Shown here piece after piece: positions 19,030-28,463 of a stretch of DNA of 64,000 nt (the first letter of the stretch is position 1; each line of letters opens with the position of its first letter). Below the pieces are notes generated by a model. The model was not told the origin of the DNA. It ran no database searches and saw nothing but the letters and a program-made list of their open reading frames with translations. Made by a program: the position numbers and the translations under genes. Origin of the DNA: Candidatus Woesearchaeota archaeon (GTDB taxonomy: Archaea > Nanobdellota > Nanobdellia > Pacearchaeales > GW2011-AR1); NCBI GenBank assembly GCA_964514585.1, contig CAZETU010000004.1, forward strand, positions 10,031 to 74,030. Reading direction: 5' to 3'.

Positions 19030-19314
19030 ATGAACATAGAATACGCTATCTCTGAACTATCACAAGATTTACTAATAAGAGGAGAAAATCATGCAAAAAA
19101 ATCGTCTCAAAGAATTTATAATACAATCTTTGAAGAATACAAAGAAGAAAGAAGAATTATTGATTGTATCATTATTCCTTGGGCAAGGGCTAATGGAGTT
19201 ACATCCAAAGACGAAATAGAAGGAGCGTTTGAAGAAGCTGAAGACATAATAAATCGACTTAACGAATTTAATGAAGATTGGCTCCGTCAATATTCAGAAC
19301 ACTGCCTCAATTAA
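19030..19314 (+). CDS. hypothetical protein (94 aa)
   Basis: Starts 1 nt after the stop of the VapB-like ORF. No PIN or other toxin motif recognised. Confidence 0.4.
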   Translation: MNIEYAISELSQDLLIRGENHAKKSSQRIYNTIFEEYKEERRIIDCIIIPWARANGVTSKDEIEGAFEEAEDIINRLNEFNEDWLRQYSEHCLN

Positions 19315-20086
19315 TCCCTTCCCAAATCTCCAAACCCTTAGAAGAATCCAAAACAGGATCAGGACTCTCACAAATTATCACAACATCTTTATCAATCCCC
19401 TTCAAAAAATTCAAAACACTTTCCCACTCACCCTTCTCAGTCAACTTATGCTTCCTCTCCCCCTTATCCCCATACTCAATCCCAGAAAAATGAACATGCC
19501 AGTTCTTACGAGAAAAAGCCTTCGCAATCGTCTCAAACTCATACTTCCCATACCGAGCCAAAACATGAGCAATATCAATACAAAAACTACACCCCGTCTC
19601 ATCAACCAAATCAGCAACCTCATCAATCGAACCAAAAACATTAATCTTCCCCATCACCTCAGGACAAAGTTCAACATCCCAGCCATTCTTTCCAATAACT
19701 TTCATCATCTCCAAAATCCCTTTCTTGATATTAACACCAGCCTTCTCACTGTTCATATCAGAATAAAACCCCGGATGAAAAACAATACTCCTCGCCCCAA
19801 GATAATGCCCAATCTCACAAGACTTCAAAATCCTCTGTTTCGACGCCTCAATCTTCTCAGGCTCTTTAGAATTCAAATTAACATAATACGGCGCATGAAT
19901 CGACAAACTAATCCCCAATCTCTTCGCAGCTTTCCCAATCTCAACAGCATCATCCCTCTTAATATAAGCCTGCCTCACAAACAAAACCTCACAAGCCTTA
20001 AAACCCAACTCGGAATATCTCTCTAAATTAGAAATCGCATCTTTAACCGGCCCAATCCCCGTCGGACCAAAAATAATCTTTGACAT
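19307..20086 (-). CDS. nfo: endonuclease IV (AP endonuclease family 2)
   Basis: TIM-barrel motifs LSIHAPYYVNLNS, VFHPG and CIDIAHV. Confidence 0.8.
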   Translation of the reverse strand: MSKIIFGPTGIGPVKDAISNLERYSELGFKACEVLFVRQAYIKRDDAVEIGKAAKRLGISLSIHAPYYVNLNSKEPEKIEASKQRILKSCEIGHYLGARSIVFHPGFYSDMNSEKAGVNIKKGILEMMKVIGKNGWDVELCPEVMGKINVFGSIDEVADLVDETGCSFCIDIAHVLARYGKYEFETIAKAFSRKNWHVHFSGIEYGDKGERKHKLTEKGEWESVLNFLKGIDKDVVIICESPDPVLDSSKGLEIWEGIN

Positions 20087-20580
20087 TAAGCCCCAGTCGA
20101 ATTAATCTCAGGCACATCCAAAACTTCCAAATTAATCCGCCCCAAATTCTGAACGATATTAGCGTGCAACCCCTTAATAATCAAATCCTGCAAACCTTCC
20201 TTCAGCTCCCCATGACAATTCCCAATATTACTCTCAGGAATCATAACAATCCCCTCCGGCAAACTACACATCATTTCTTTATTCTCAAGCCTCAAAGAAT
20301 CCTGATTATTCAACTGCCCCTGTAACAACCTCACATTAACTTTGCAAATTCCATCCTCATCACCGTCAATACGATATTCAAAAATCATTTCAGACTCACC
20401 AATAAAAGTCGCCCGATCACAACCCCCAAGATAATTGTTAAAACACTCCCAATCATTACACTCCGCATAACTAAAAAAGAAAAACCAAATAATCCAAATC
20501 AAAATAACTAAAGACACCAAAAAAATAAACCACTTCAAATTAAAAATACTATTCTCCTTGCCCATCACCATGAATAACAA
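20086..20580 (-). CDS. membrane-anchored Cys-containing exported protein
   Basis: N-terminal TM helix followed by a soluble domain with 6 Cys. No family recognised. Confidence 0.45.
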   Translation of the reverse strand: MLFMVMGKENSIFNLKWFIFLVSLVILIWIIWFFFFSYAECNDWECFNNYLGGCDRATFIGESEMIFEYRIDGDEDGICKVNVRLLQGQLNNQDSLRLENKEMMCSLPEGIVMIPESNIGNCHGELKEGLQDLIIKGLHANIVQNLGRINLEVLDVPEINSTGA

Positions 20581-20609
20581 ACACCAACACGGTATATAAA
20601 TATTATCAA

Positions 20610-21011
20610 TTATTTATTTTCTTTCAAAAAATTAACCAACTCATCAAGATCCTGAGCAACATAATCACAAACAGCATCTAACCAACTAGAATATTGTCTA
20701 GTTTCATCAACTCTCAAAGCATATACTTTCTTTCCAAGGGCCTTCGCAAATCCAGCCTCAATATAAATTCCCCTTGTATCAGACAAAACTAAGATTAAAA
20801 ATTCACAATCTTTTATAATTCTTTTTTGCTCCTCCCACACATCTTCCATACTCATATTCTGATGATGATGAGGAACGTAAACATCCAATCCAATTTCTTT
20901 TAATGCAGAAGCAATCTCATCATTCCTAGACAATTTCCAATCAGAAGACGACCAAACCCCTTTATCCTTAGGCTCCGTAGACCCAATCGGACTCGCCAAA
21001 TATACAACCAT
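20610..21011 (-). CDS. nucleoside 2-deoxyribosyltransferase-like protein
   Basis: VYLASPIG..., then LILVLSDTRGIYIEAGFAKALGKKVYAL, which resembles the D.Gt.fE.GyA.alGKpV core of the family. Confidence 0.5.
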   Translation of the reverse strand: MVVYLASPIGSTEPKDKGVWSSSDWKLSRNDEIASALKEIGLDVYVPHHHQNMSMEDVWEEQKRIIKDCEFLILVLSDTRGIYIEAGFAKALGKKVYALRVDETRQYSSWLDAVCDYVAQDLDELVNFLKENK

Positions 21012-21092
21012 AACAAATCAATAGTCGAAAAGCTATATAAAAGTTTTCAAAAAATAAAAAAAATAAAAAAAGGTCAATAAGACCCAATAAAT

Positions 21093-22262
21093 TTACAAAG
21101 AAACTAATTGTATCTTCGTCTCTGGAATCTTTCCAAATGTCTTAGCTGCAACAGCTCTAGAGCCTAACTTCTCCGCTCCTTGAATAACAGCGCCAGTAGC
21201 ACTGCCAACCATCAATACAAAAGCTTCCTTCGCGTTAACAGAATCAAGTCTCGAAGCAGGAACATTCTTAACAACTTCCAATTCGTCGTTCAAAACCAAA
21301 ACGTTCTTACCCTTAATCTCAGGGGCAAGCTCTCTCAGCTTCGAAATATCGCTATCGTTCAATTCTCTTCGAACAACATCTTCAGCCGGCTCAGAATCAA
21401 ATCTAGGCTTACGTTCAAATTTCTTTGAACGGTCCTCACCCTTACCTAAAAAAACTCTAGCAGGAACTTTCTTCCTCAATGCCTGCAATAATTCTTTTCC
21501 AGCAAGTTCTTCAACTTCCTTTCCGTCTGGAGCCTGCGCGATATAAACAACCTTAGCGTTGTCACAAACATTCTTTGCAATCAAATTTCCGCCTCGGTCG
21601 CCATCAACAAATAAAGTTAATTCTTTAGTTTCCCCAAGCTTCGTAATCGTCTTCGGAAACTTTGTTCCTTGCATACCAATAACATTCTTAATCCCATGTT
21701 TCAACATGTTAATAACATCTGCTCGACCTTCACAAACAATCAATTCTTTCTCATTGTCAATATCAGGACCTGCCGCCAAACCTTCCGGACCGTATTCAAC
21801 AGCCTTAGAAACTCTATTAGATTCCCTAAGTTCAGTTTCCATTTCTGTAGAATCCATACCCTCGTTCTTAATTCCAGCCAGCAAAGCTTTCGCTCTCTCC
21901 ATGATATAATCCCGCTTCGAACCTCTAACATCACTAATATCTCTAATAGTAATCTTAGCGTCGGTAGGACCAATCTTATCAATCGTTTCCAAAGAAGCCG
22001 CAATTATCGTAGTCTCGGTTTTATCCAATGCAGACGGAATCGTAATCTCTCCAGTTGTCTTGCCACCCTCGGTAACCAAATCAACTTCGATACGACCAAC
22101 TTTTCCTTCTTTTTGAAGTTCCCTCAGTTCCATGTCGCTGCCAAGCAAACCCTCGGTCTGCCCAAACAAAGCGCCAATAACATCAGGTTTCTGGAACGGA
22201 CCATCCGCTACGAAATCAGCTATAATCGAATATTTTATCGACGTTGGACTAATTTTTGCCAT
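21093..22262 (-). CDS. dnaG: archaeal DnaG-type primase (TOPRIM)
   Basis: LIVCEGRADVINMLKHGIKNVIGMQG...LFVDGDRGG TOPRIM motifs and an archaeal DnaG N-terminal domain. Confidence 0.85.
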   Translation of the reverse strand: MAKISPTSIKYSIIADFVADGPFQKPDVIGALFGQTEGLLGSDMELRELQKEGKVGRIEVDLVTEGGKTTGEITIPSALDKTETTIIAASLETIDKIGPTDAKITIRDISDVRGSKRDYIMERAKALLAGIKNEGMDSTEMETELRESNRVSKAVEYGPEGLAAGPDIDNEKELIVCEGRADVINMLKHGIKNVIGMQGTKFPKTITKLGETKELTLFVDGDRGGNLIAKNVCDNAKVVYIAQAPDGKEVEELAGKELLQALRKKVPARVFLGKGEDRSKKFERKPRFDSEPAEDVVRRELNDSDISKLRELAPEIKGKNVLVLNDELEVVKNVPASRLDSVNAKEAFVLMVGSATGAVIQGAEKLGSRAVAAKTFGKIPETKIQLVSL

Positions 22263-22544
22263 ACTTTATTTTCTCCTATTTAGTTCATTAGAAATAACCT
22301 ATTCTTTGCTCTTCTAAAGCCACTCGTGAATGTGAATGTGATAATCGTAATACTGATACCCTAAAGGCCATCTCTAACAAATATCAAAGCAATTTTCGCT
22401 TTTTAAAACTTACTATCCAAAGAAAGCATTAAAAAAAATAAACAATCCCCTTTAAATTCTTTTAGATTCTCGACAAAACAGAAAATTTTACACAAATCTT
22501 TATAAACTTTCTAAGTCAAAAAAGTTTAAATAAAAGAGGGTAAA

Positions 22545-22619
22545 ATGGAACTCAACGAAGATAACAACCTTGAAACCGAAGAATTCGACGATAAGGAAGA
22601 ACTCGGAGATGAGCAATAA
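22545..22619 (+). CDS. 24-aa hyper-acidic micro-ORF
   Basis: Manual translation: MELNEDNNLETEEFDDKEELGDEQ, preceded by AGAGGG 5 nt upstream. Confidence 0.25.
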   Translation: MELNEDNNLETEEFDDKEELGDEQ

Positions 22620-22628
22620 CCCAAAAAC

Positions 22629-22703
22629 ATGAGTGTAGAAGAAGACTTAAACAAAGAACATGCAGACATCGATAGCATGGATGTCACAGAAGATTTAGAC
22701 TAA
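22629..22703 (+). CDS. 24-aa hyper-acidic micro-ORF
   Basis: Manual translation: MSVEEDLNKEHADIDSMDVTEDLD, starting 9 nt after the previous micro-ORF. Confidence 0.25.
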   Translation: MSVEEDLNKEHADIDSMDVTEDLD

Positions 22704-22735
22704 ACTTTTTTTTATTTTTTTATTTTTTTATTTTT
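22704..22735. terminator. oligo-T tract between convergent genes
   Basis: cttttttttatttttttatttttttattttttt: four T7-T8 runs. Archaeal terminators are oligo-T. Confidence 0.4.
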
Positions 22736-23299
22736 TTAAATCCCCTCTAATAACTTTGCCTCTCTAAACATTCCAAGCGCCTTATACGTCGTCAGTAACC
22801 TATCCTTAATCATCATCTTCTCCATATCATCCAAATTCATCTTAATCAACTTCTCATAAAACTTCGTCGCCCCAGCCTTCTTACCCTTATTCTCAAACTC
22901 CTTCGCAAAAACAACATAAATATTCTTCCGCGCCAACTTCACCTTAGACCTCTGTTCAACATTAGCATCCCGACTCGCCCGAATAAACATCTCATCAGCC
23001 TCGTCAACCTTACCCATCCTAGCAAACAACTCAGCCGCCACTAAATGACTATCAATCTTATCCTTAAGCGTCACCTCGACCGCCGCCTTATTCCCCATCG
23101 CCTTAGCCGCCCTGTCATACATTTTCCTCTCAGCATAAAGCCCAGCCAACTCACCCCACAAAAATCGCTTAATCTCATAACTAAAACCTGACTCCTTCAA
23201 CGCCGACTCCAAATACATTATCTTATTCAAAATCGTATTCATAGAAGCCAGCTTACCCTCAATTTCCTCAATACTCCGCTCCCTAACTTGAACACCCAT
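22736..23299 (-). CDS. hypothetical helical (TPR-like) protein
   Basis: All-helical, with an Ala/Leu/Lys-rich repeating pattern. No specific family recognised. Confidence 0.4.
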   Translation of the reverse strand: MGVQVRERSIEEIEGKLASMNTILNKIMYLESALKESGFSYEIKRFLWGELAGLYAERKMYDRAAKAMGNKAAVEVTLKDKIDSHLVAAELFARMGKVDEADEMFIRASRDANVEQRSKVKLARKNIYVVFAKEFENKGKKAGATKFYEKLIKMNLDDMEKMMIKDRLLTTYKALGMFREAKLLEGI

Positions 23300-23345
23300 A
23301 ATAAAAAAAGCTTCTCCGACTTTTTAAGAATTTATATGATTCATA

Positions 23346-23645
23346 TCAACGAGGCAACTTCAAAGAAATCTCATCGGGCAAACACTCAAGGCCCATGCCA
23401 TTAAACTCCCAGCCATCCTCTCCACTCAAAACTTCCATAGGATCAACCTTTTTTTGTTCCTGATTATAGAGCTCACCCTCTAAACCCAAACCAAACCTCA
23501 GCTCATCTCCAGCCATTCTACCATAATCATAAGTCCTAAATCCCTGACCAGGCCTCAACCTACCAGATTCAAGTCGTTCATAAAACTCATTTGATCCATG
23601 GAACAAGCCCTCTTCCGAAACAAGAAACCGAGGTAAATCTCCCAT
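23346..23645 (-). CDS. hypothetical protein (99 aa)
   Basis: ORF with normal composition. No motif recognised. Confidence 0.4.
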   Translation of the reverse strand: MGDLPRFLVSEEGLFHGSNEFYERLESGRLRPGQGFRTYDYGRMAGDELRFGLGLEGELYNQEQKKVDPMEVLSGEDGWEFNGMGLECLPDEISLKLPR

Positions 23646-23782
23646 AACAAAAATTATACTAACGACTTTTTAAAAATTTATACACTTACAGCTCACATCA
23701 ATAAAATAAAAACATTTTTACCCTCAGGGATTTTACCCCCGAAGGATTTTAATTATAAAAATAAAAAAATAAAGTTGTAAAA

Positions 23783-25069
23783 TTACAACTTCTTTTCAAC
23801 AAGAGATTTACAAACGCCTGCCGCAACTGTAACACCAGCGTCTCGGATAGCGAATCTCGCCATGTATGGATTATCTGTAACAGATTCCATAACTAGATTT
23901 CCGATCGGTTTGATCTTAACAATAGCAACATCCCCATTCTTCAAAAAGTCTGGGTTCTCTTCAGAGACTTGTCCGCTTGCAGGGTCCAACTTAGCCTTAA
24001 GTTCCACGAATTGACATGGGACTTGAGCTGTGTGAACATGGAAAACTGGTGTGTAACCTTTAGCGATTACTGTTGGGTGGTTGATAACAGCAATTTGTGC
24101 TTCAAACTCTTCAACAATCTTAGCCGGGTTAGCAGCATCACAAATAACGTCGCCTCGAGCCATGTCTTTCTTACCAACACCTCGGATGTTGATACCGACA
24201 TTGTCTCCAGCTTCGCCTTCTTTTAACTGCTCATGGTGAGCTTCGATAGATCGAACTTCACCTGCAATTCCAGTTCCAGATCGTCCTGGTAATACGATAA
24301 CCTTTTGACCGATTTTCATAATTCCAGTTTCAATCTTTCCTACAGGAACAGTACCAATACCCGTGATATCATAGACATCTTGGATTGGCATTCTCATCGG
24401 TAAAGTAGTTGGTTTTTCTGGTGCAGGGAACTTATCAATCTGTTCTAGAACAGTTGGTCCTTTGTACCATGCTATATTCTCGCTTCTCTTAGCCATGTTG
24501 TCGCCCATAAGAGCGGAACCTGCGATAAACGGAGTTTCGTCAGGATTGTATCCAGCTTGTTTAATAACAACCTTTACATCCTCAACAGCCTTATTGTACT
24601 TAGTCTCATCATACTTAACAACGTCCATTTTATTAATAAGAACTGCAATGTTTTTTACACCCATAGTTCGAAGTAACCAAACGTGTTCTTTTGTCTGAGG
24701 TTGTACACCGTCTTCGCATCCAACAACTAAGAAGGCAGCATCTGCTTGCGAAGCACCTGTGATCATGTTTTTAACAAAATCCTTATGTCCTGGTGCATCA
24801 ATAATTGTAACTTCATAATTCTGAGTAACAAGCTTCTTGTAAGACAAGTTAATAGTAACTCCTCTTTCTCGCTCTTCCTTCAGATTATCAGTAAAATAAG
24901 CAAACTCAAATCCTGCTTTACCGTGTTTCTCTGCTTCTTCCTTGAACTTCTTCATTTCCTGATCGGAAATAGCTCCGCCTTCAAAGAATACTCTACCAAC
25001 TGCGGTAGACTTTCCCTGATCGACGTGCCCAACGAAGACAACATTCATTCCTGGTTTTTCTTTAGCCAT
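23783..25069 (-). CDS. tuf: translation elongation factor EF-1 alpha
   Basis: GHVDQGKST, DAPGHKDF and NKMD GTPase motifs over 428 aa. Confidence 0.95.
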   Translation of the reverse strand: MAKEKPGMNVVFVGHVDQGKSTAVGRVFFEGGAISDQEMKKFKEEAEKHGKAGFEFAYFTDNLKEERERGVTINLSYKKLVTQNYEVTIIDAPGHKDFVKNMITGASQADAAFLVVGCEDGVQPQTKEHVWLLRTMGVKNIAVLINKMDVVKYDETKYNKAVEDVKVVIKQAGYNPDETPFIAGSALMGDNMAKRSENIAWYKGPTVLEQIDKFPAPEKPTTLPMRMPIQDVYDITGIGTVPVGKIETGIMKIGQKVIVLPGRSGTGIAGEVRSIEAHHEQLKEGEAGDNVGINIRGVGKKDMARGDVICDAANPAKIVEEFEAQIAVINHPTVIAKGYTPVFHVHTAQVPCQFVELKAKLDPASGQVSEENPDFLKNGDVAIVKIKPIGNLVMESVTDNPYMARFAIRDAGVTVAAGVCKSLVEKKL

Positions 25070-25198
25070 TTTCTAATTTTTTTAATTTAGTTAGTTTTAT
25101 TTAGTCCTCGAAGATAAATCCCTCCGAAAGACATAAAATATGATATTAAAATCGGTTTTTAAGGGTTGTGGTTGGATATCTCATTGAGTACATTAAAA

Positions 25199-25672
25199 TT
25201 ACAAACAACATATTCTTGCAGGTTGTACATCTCCCATTAACACATAAACAGAATAATGATTATCCTTAGCATCAACACAATATTTTCTCCTTACCTCTCC
25301 AGCCTTATTACTTTTACCATAAGGACTATAACGAATTCTTGAATCACTTTTTTTATTACCTGGCGCACCTTCCCAAGTATCATTTAATTCACTATCTTCA
25401 ACCCTTTCTTGACTCCCTTTTACACAAGTAACGACAACAAACTCTCCACTCTCCAAGGCTTTTCCCCTGAAAAAAGCAGTATTAACAACATCGCCAGATA
25501 AATCCTCAAGGCTACGCCGAACCGCTCCTTCAAACAACTCAAACCTCCTCTGACGTTCTATTGCAATTGAATACGCACCTAAAAGATTCTTTACAGTTGT
25601 CATTTTATCTTTGCCATTTCTTAATTTATCAGAACTCTTATTCCCTTTCGGATAAAAAAACACAGTAATCAT
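25199..25672 (-). CDS. hypothetical protein inserted between EF-2 and EF-1alpha
   Basis: 157-aa ORF (an alternative start at 25603, MTTVKNLLG, is possible). No motif recognised. Confidence 0.4.
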   Translation of the reverse strand: MITVFFYPKGNKSSDKLRNGKDKMTTVKNLLGAYSIAIERQRRFELFEGAVRRSLEDLSGDVVNTAFFRGKALESGEFVVVTCVKGSQERVEDSELNDTWEGAPGNKKSDSRIRYSPYGKSNKAGEVRRKYCVDAKDNHYSVYVLMGDVQPARICCL

Positions 25673-25695
25673 AATTTATAAAATTTGCTATTTCC

Positions 25696-25800
25696 CAATT
25701 TTTGATTCTTTTTAGAGTTAGACGAGGCGTGAGGTTGCGCAGTGTGCTCACGCACATAAGCATTTTCACAACAAAGTATAAACTAAAAAGAATCAAAAAT
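25696..25800. repeat. 105-nt element: 19-bp perfect inverted repeat enclosing a GC-rich hairpin
   Basis: aatttttgattctttttag (25696-25714) is the exact reverse complement of ctaaaaagaatcaaaaatt (25782-25800). An inner stem gcgtgag/ctcacgc lies at 25726-25732 and 25746-25752. Confidence 0.7.
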
Positions 25801-27971
25801 TATTGGTTTTCGGAAAGTCCTTTCCTATCCCTAATCTGCTTGATAATCTTAACCTGCAATTCATTAGGCAATTTCTTAAAACTCTGACTAACCAACGAAG
25901 AAACTCCTCGACCACCAGTAGTACTTCTAAGGTCACTAGTCCATCCAATCATTTCCTGAACCGGAAGCTCTGCCCTAATCGTAACACCAGTTTCATCCTG
26001 CTGAACATCAACTAAAGTTCCTCTCTTTGTAGAAACTAAACTCGTCACAGCACCCATATACTCTGTAGGCGCCTCAATCTGATGAACCTGAACAGGCTCA
26101 TAAATAGTCGGAACAGCCTTAGCAAAAGCGGCTCGAAGACCTTCTCTAATCGCAGGGTATACCTGAGCAGGACCCCTATGAATCGCGTCCTCATGCAACT
26201 TCAAATCAACCAAAGAAACCTTCAACTTCAAAGTCGGCTCCCTAGCCAAAGGACCGCTCTTCATAACTTCTTCAAAACTATCCAAAACCAACTCGATAAC
26301 TTCACCAATATGGACCTCACCCTTAGTCTTATCCAAGAAAACATTCCCATTAAAAATATCCCTATATTGCTGAGCCTCATCTCTAGAAATCCCAAGACCA
26401 ACCAAAGTCTCATCAAGCGCTTTGTCCTTCTTCTTAATCCTACCTCTTGGCAAAGTACCATCAGCAACAGCCTCGACAATCGCATCCTCCAAAGGCTCAA
26501 CCGTCATAAAGAAACTATTATGCTTATTCGGAGACCTACCCTCAGCAGGATCAGAAGTCTTTGCAACCGATTCCCTATAAACAATAATCGGAGGTCCCAT
26601 TTCAATCTCAAGCCCCTTCTCTGTCTTAATCCTATTCTCAATAATCTCCAAATGCAACTCCCCCATACCAGACATCAAAGATTCCCCAGTCTCCTCATTA
26701 ATCTCAATCCGAAGGCTAGGATCTTCCTTTCCAACCTGTCTCAATGTCTCAATCAACTTAGGCAAATCAGCAGTCTTCTTAGCAGCAATAGACTTTGTAA
26801 CAACCGGTTCAAACAAATGACTAATCGCTTCAAATGGCTCAATTGGATTCTTACTAACAGTCTCACCAACAACGACATCCCTCAACCCAACAATACCAAC
26901 AATATTACCCGCAACAACCTCGTCAAGCTGAACCCTATTCGCACCCTTGTAAATCGAAACCTGCTGCGCCCGAACATTAGTCCCTGCAATATTCATATAC
27001 AACTCATCACCCTGTTTAATCGTCCCACCAAACAATCTACCAGCAGCAACCTCACCAGCATGAGGATCAATCACAATCTTAATCGGAACAAAAGCAACCT
27101 CACCCTTAATATTACAACTCGTTAAATCCTTCCCAGCCTGACTCTCCAAGTCACCATGCCAAATCTTAGGAATCCTATAAGCCTGAGCAGTCACAGGATC
27201 AGGATGGTTATTAACAACCATAGAAAGAATAACCTCATGAATTGGAGCCTTCTTCGCCAAAATCTTATATTCTTCCCCACCTGCCTCATAAGCATCAATA
27301 ATTTCTTTAAAACTAATACCATGCTTTTGCATATACGGAATCGAAAGAGCCCAATTGTGAAAAGCACTACCAAACGCAACCGAGCCATCAGCGACGCTAA
27401 CTTGCCACTTCTGCTTATAATCAGGCTCAGCAATCTCAGCAATCAACTTATTCACCGAATTAATAATATCAATAAATCTCTTCTGCATTTCCTCAGGAGT
27501 CAACTTAACTTCCCTAATCAAACGGTCAACCTTATTGATAAACAAAATAGGCCTAACTCTTTCCTTCAAAGCCTGTCGAAGAACAGTCTCAGTCTGAGGC
27601 ATAATCCCTTCACTAGCACAACTCAAAACAATCGCACCGTCCACTGCCCTCATAGCTCGTGTAACATCACCACCAAAATCAACATGCCCAGGTGTATCAA
27701 TTAAGTTAATCAAATAATCCTGGCCATCAACAGTATGAACCATAGAAACTGAAGCCGAATCAATAGTAATCCCCCTCTCCGCCTCATCATCATGAAAATC
27801 CAAAGTCCTAGCCTTTCCAGCCAAAGCCTCACTCATCATCCCAGCACCAGCCAACAAATTATCAGAAAACGTCGTCTTACCATGATCGATGTGCGCACAA
27901 ATAGCAATATTCCGAATATGCGTCGGATCATTCTGCAATTCCTTAACTTTAGTAGTCATATCTGCCATCAT
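25800..27971 (-). CDS. fusA: translation elongation factor EF-2
   Basis: AHIDHGKTT, DTPGHVDF and NKVD motifs, 723 aa, at the conserved position after rps7. Confidence 0.95.
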   Translation of the reverse strand: MMADMTTKVKELQNDPTHIRNIAICAHIDHGKTTFSDNLLAGAGMMSEALAGKARTLDFHDDEAERGITIDSASVSMVHTVDGQDYLINLIDTPGHVDFGGDVTRAMRAVDGAIVLSCASEGIMPQTETVLRQALKERVRPILFINKVDRLIREVKLTPEEMQKRFIDIINSVNKLIAEIAEPDYKQKWQVSVADGSVAFGSAFHNWALSIPYMQKHGISFKEIIDAYEAGGEEYKILAKKAPIHEVILSMVVNNHPDPVTAQAYRIPKIWHGDLESQAGKDLTSCNIKGEVAFVPIKIVIDPHAGEVAAGRLFGGTIKQGDELYMNIAGTNVRAQQVSIYKGANRVQLDEVVAGNIVGIVGLRDVVVGETVSKNPIEPFEAISHLFEPVVTKSIAAKKTADLPKLIETLRQVGKEDPSLRIEINEETGESLMSGMGELHLEIIENRIKTEKGLEIEMGPPIIVYRESVAKTSDPAEGRSPNKHNSFFMTVEPLEDAIVEAVADGTLPRGRIKKKDKALDETLVGLGISRDEAQQYRDIFNGNVFLDKTKGEVHIGEVIELVLDSFEEVMKSGPLAREPTLKLKVSLVDLKLHEDAIHRGPAQVYPAIREGLRAAFAKAVPTIYEPVQVHQIEAPTEYMGAVTSLVSTKRGTLVDVQQDETGVTIRAELPVQEMIGWTSDLRSTTGGRGVSSLVSQSFKKLPNELQVKIIKQIRDRKGLSENQ

Positions 27972-28040
27972 AATTAATTGAAAAAACGGTTTATAAAAGT
28001 TTGCCTTCCAAAATCAAAAATCACCGTCGAGCATTTAATA

Positions 28041-28415
28041 TCACCAATAACTATGACGAAGAGGACTTATTTCATACCCAAAATGCTTTTTGTAAAGACC
28101 AATCATCTCTTTCTCCTTTAAAGAAGCAACGCTATGAAAAGATCCACGCAACCAACTATCTCCCCTATCATATAAGGAATCGTCATCCGTTGAACTTGAA
28201 GACGATCTCCTAGAATCCCTATGAGAATCTAAAACCATTGTACCTCCAAACAAAGCAACCATATTGCCTCTTATGCCAAATTCATCTTGATGGGCATCAG
28301 AACAAAAATGAGCTTCCACAATCTTACCCTTTCGACCAGCATAATTAACAGAACAATCTTTTGAACCCGGCGCTCCACAATAACATTTATCAATAACTCT
28401 AGTTGTCATAAACAA
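28041..28415 (-). CDS. hypothetical Cys/His-containing protein inserted between rps7 and EF-2
   Basis: 124 aa, with KCYCGAPGSKDC...HFCSDAH. No family recognised. Confidence 0.4.
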   Translation of the reverse strand: MFMTTRVIDKCYCGAPGSKDCSVNYAGRKGKIVEAHFCSDAHQDEFGIRGNMVALFGGTMVLDSHRDSRRSSSSSTDDDSLYDRGDSWLRGSFHSVASLKEKEMIGLYKKHFGYEISPLRHSYW

Positions 28416-28463
28416 ACCAATAAGAAACCTTCTTTATAAAAATAATTATCCTAAAGAACACAC

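Noticed and set aside
22325-22375. gtgaatgtgaatgtgataatcgtaatactgatacc, considered as a possible C/D-box sRNA (GTGATAA ... CTGA).
   Set aside because: The C-box candidate deviates from RUGAUGA. There is no second C'/D' pair and no terminal stem, and the spacing is too short for a guide region.
25702-25887. 61-aa plus-strand ORF spanning the inverted-repeat element and the EF-2 3' end.
   Set aside because: It starts at a non-ATG codon inside the structured element and runs antisense into EF-2. The RNA or repeat structure explains the region better.
26082-27125. Long plus-strand ORFs opposite real minus-strand genes. Examples are the 347-aa ORF opposite EF-2, and also 42132-43142 (336 aa) opposite nrdD, 62024-62758 opposite rnz, 19271-20026 opposite nfo, and 21669-22283 opposite dnaG.
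   Set aside because: All are antisense shadows of genes with unambiguous conserved motifs. Their translations are low-complexity (N/L/I/R/P/S/T/Q-rich) with no recognisable domains. They arise because the coding strand is purine-rich, so the complementary strand rarely contains stop codons.
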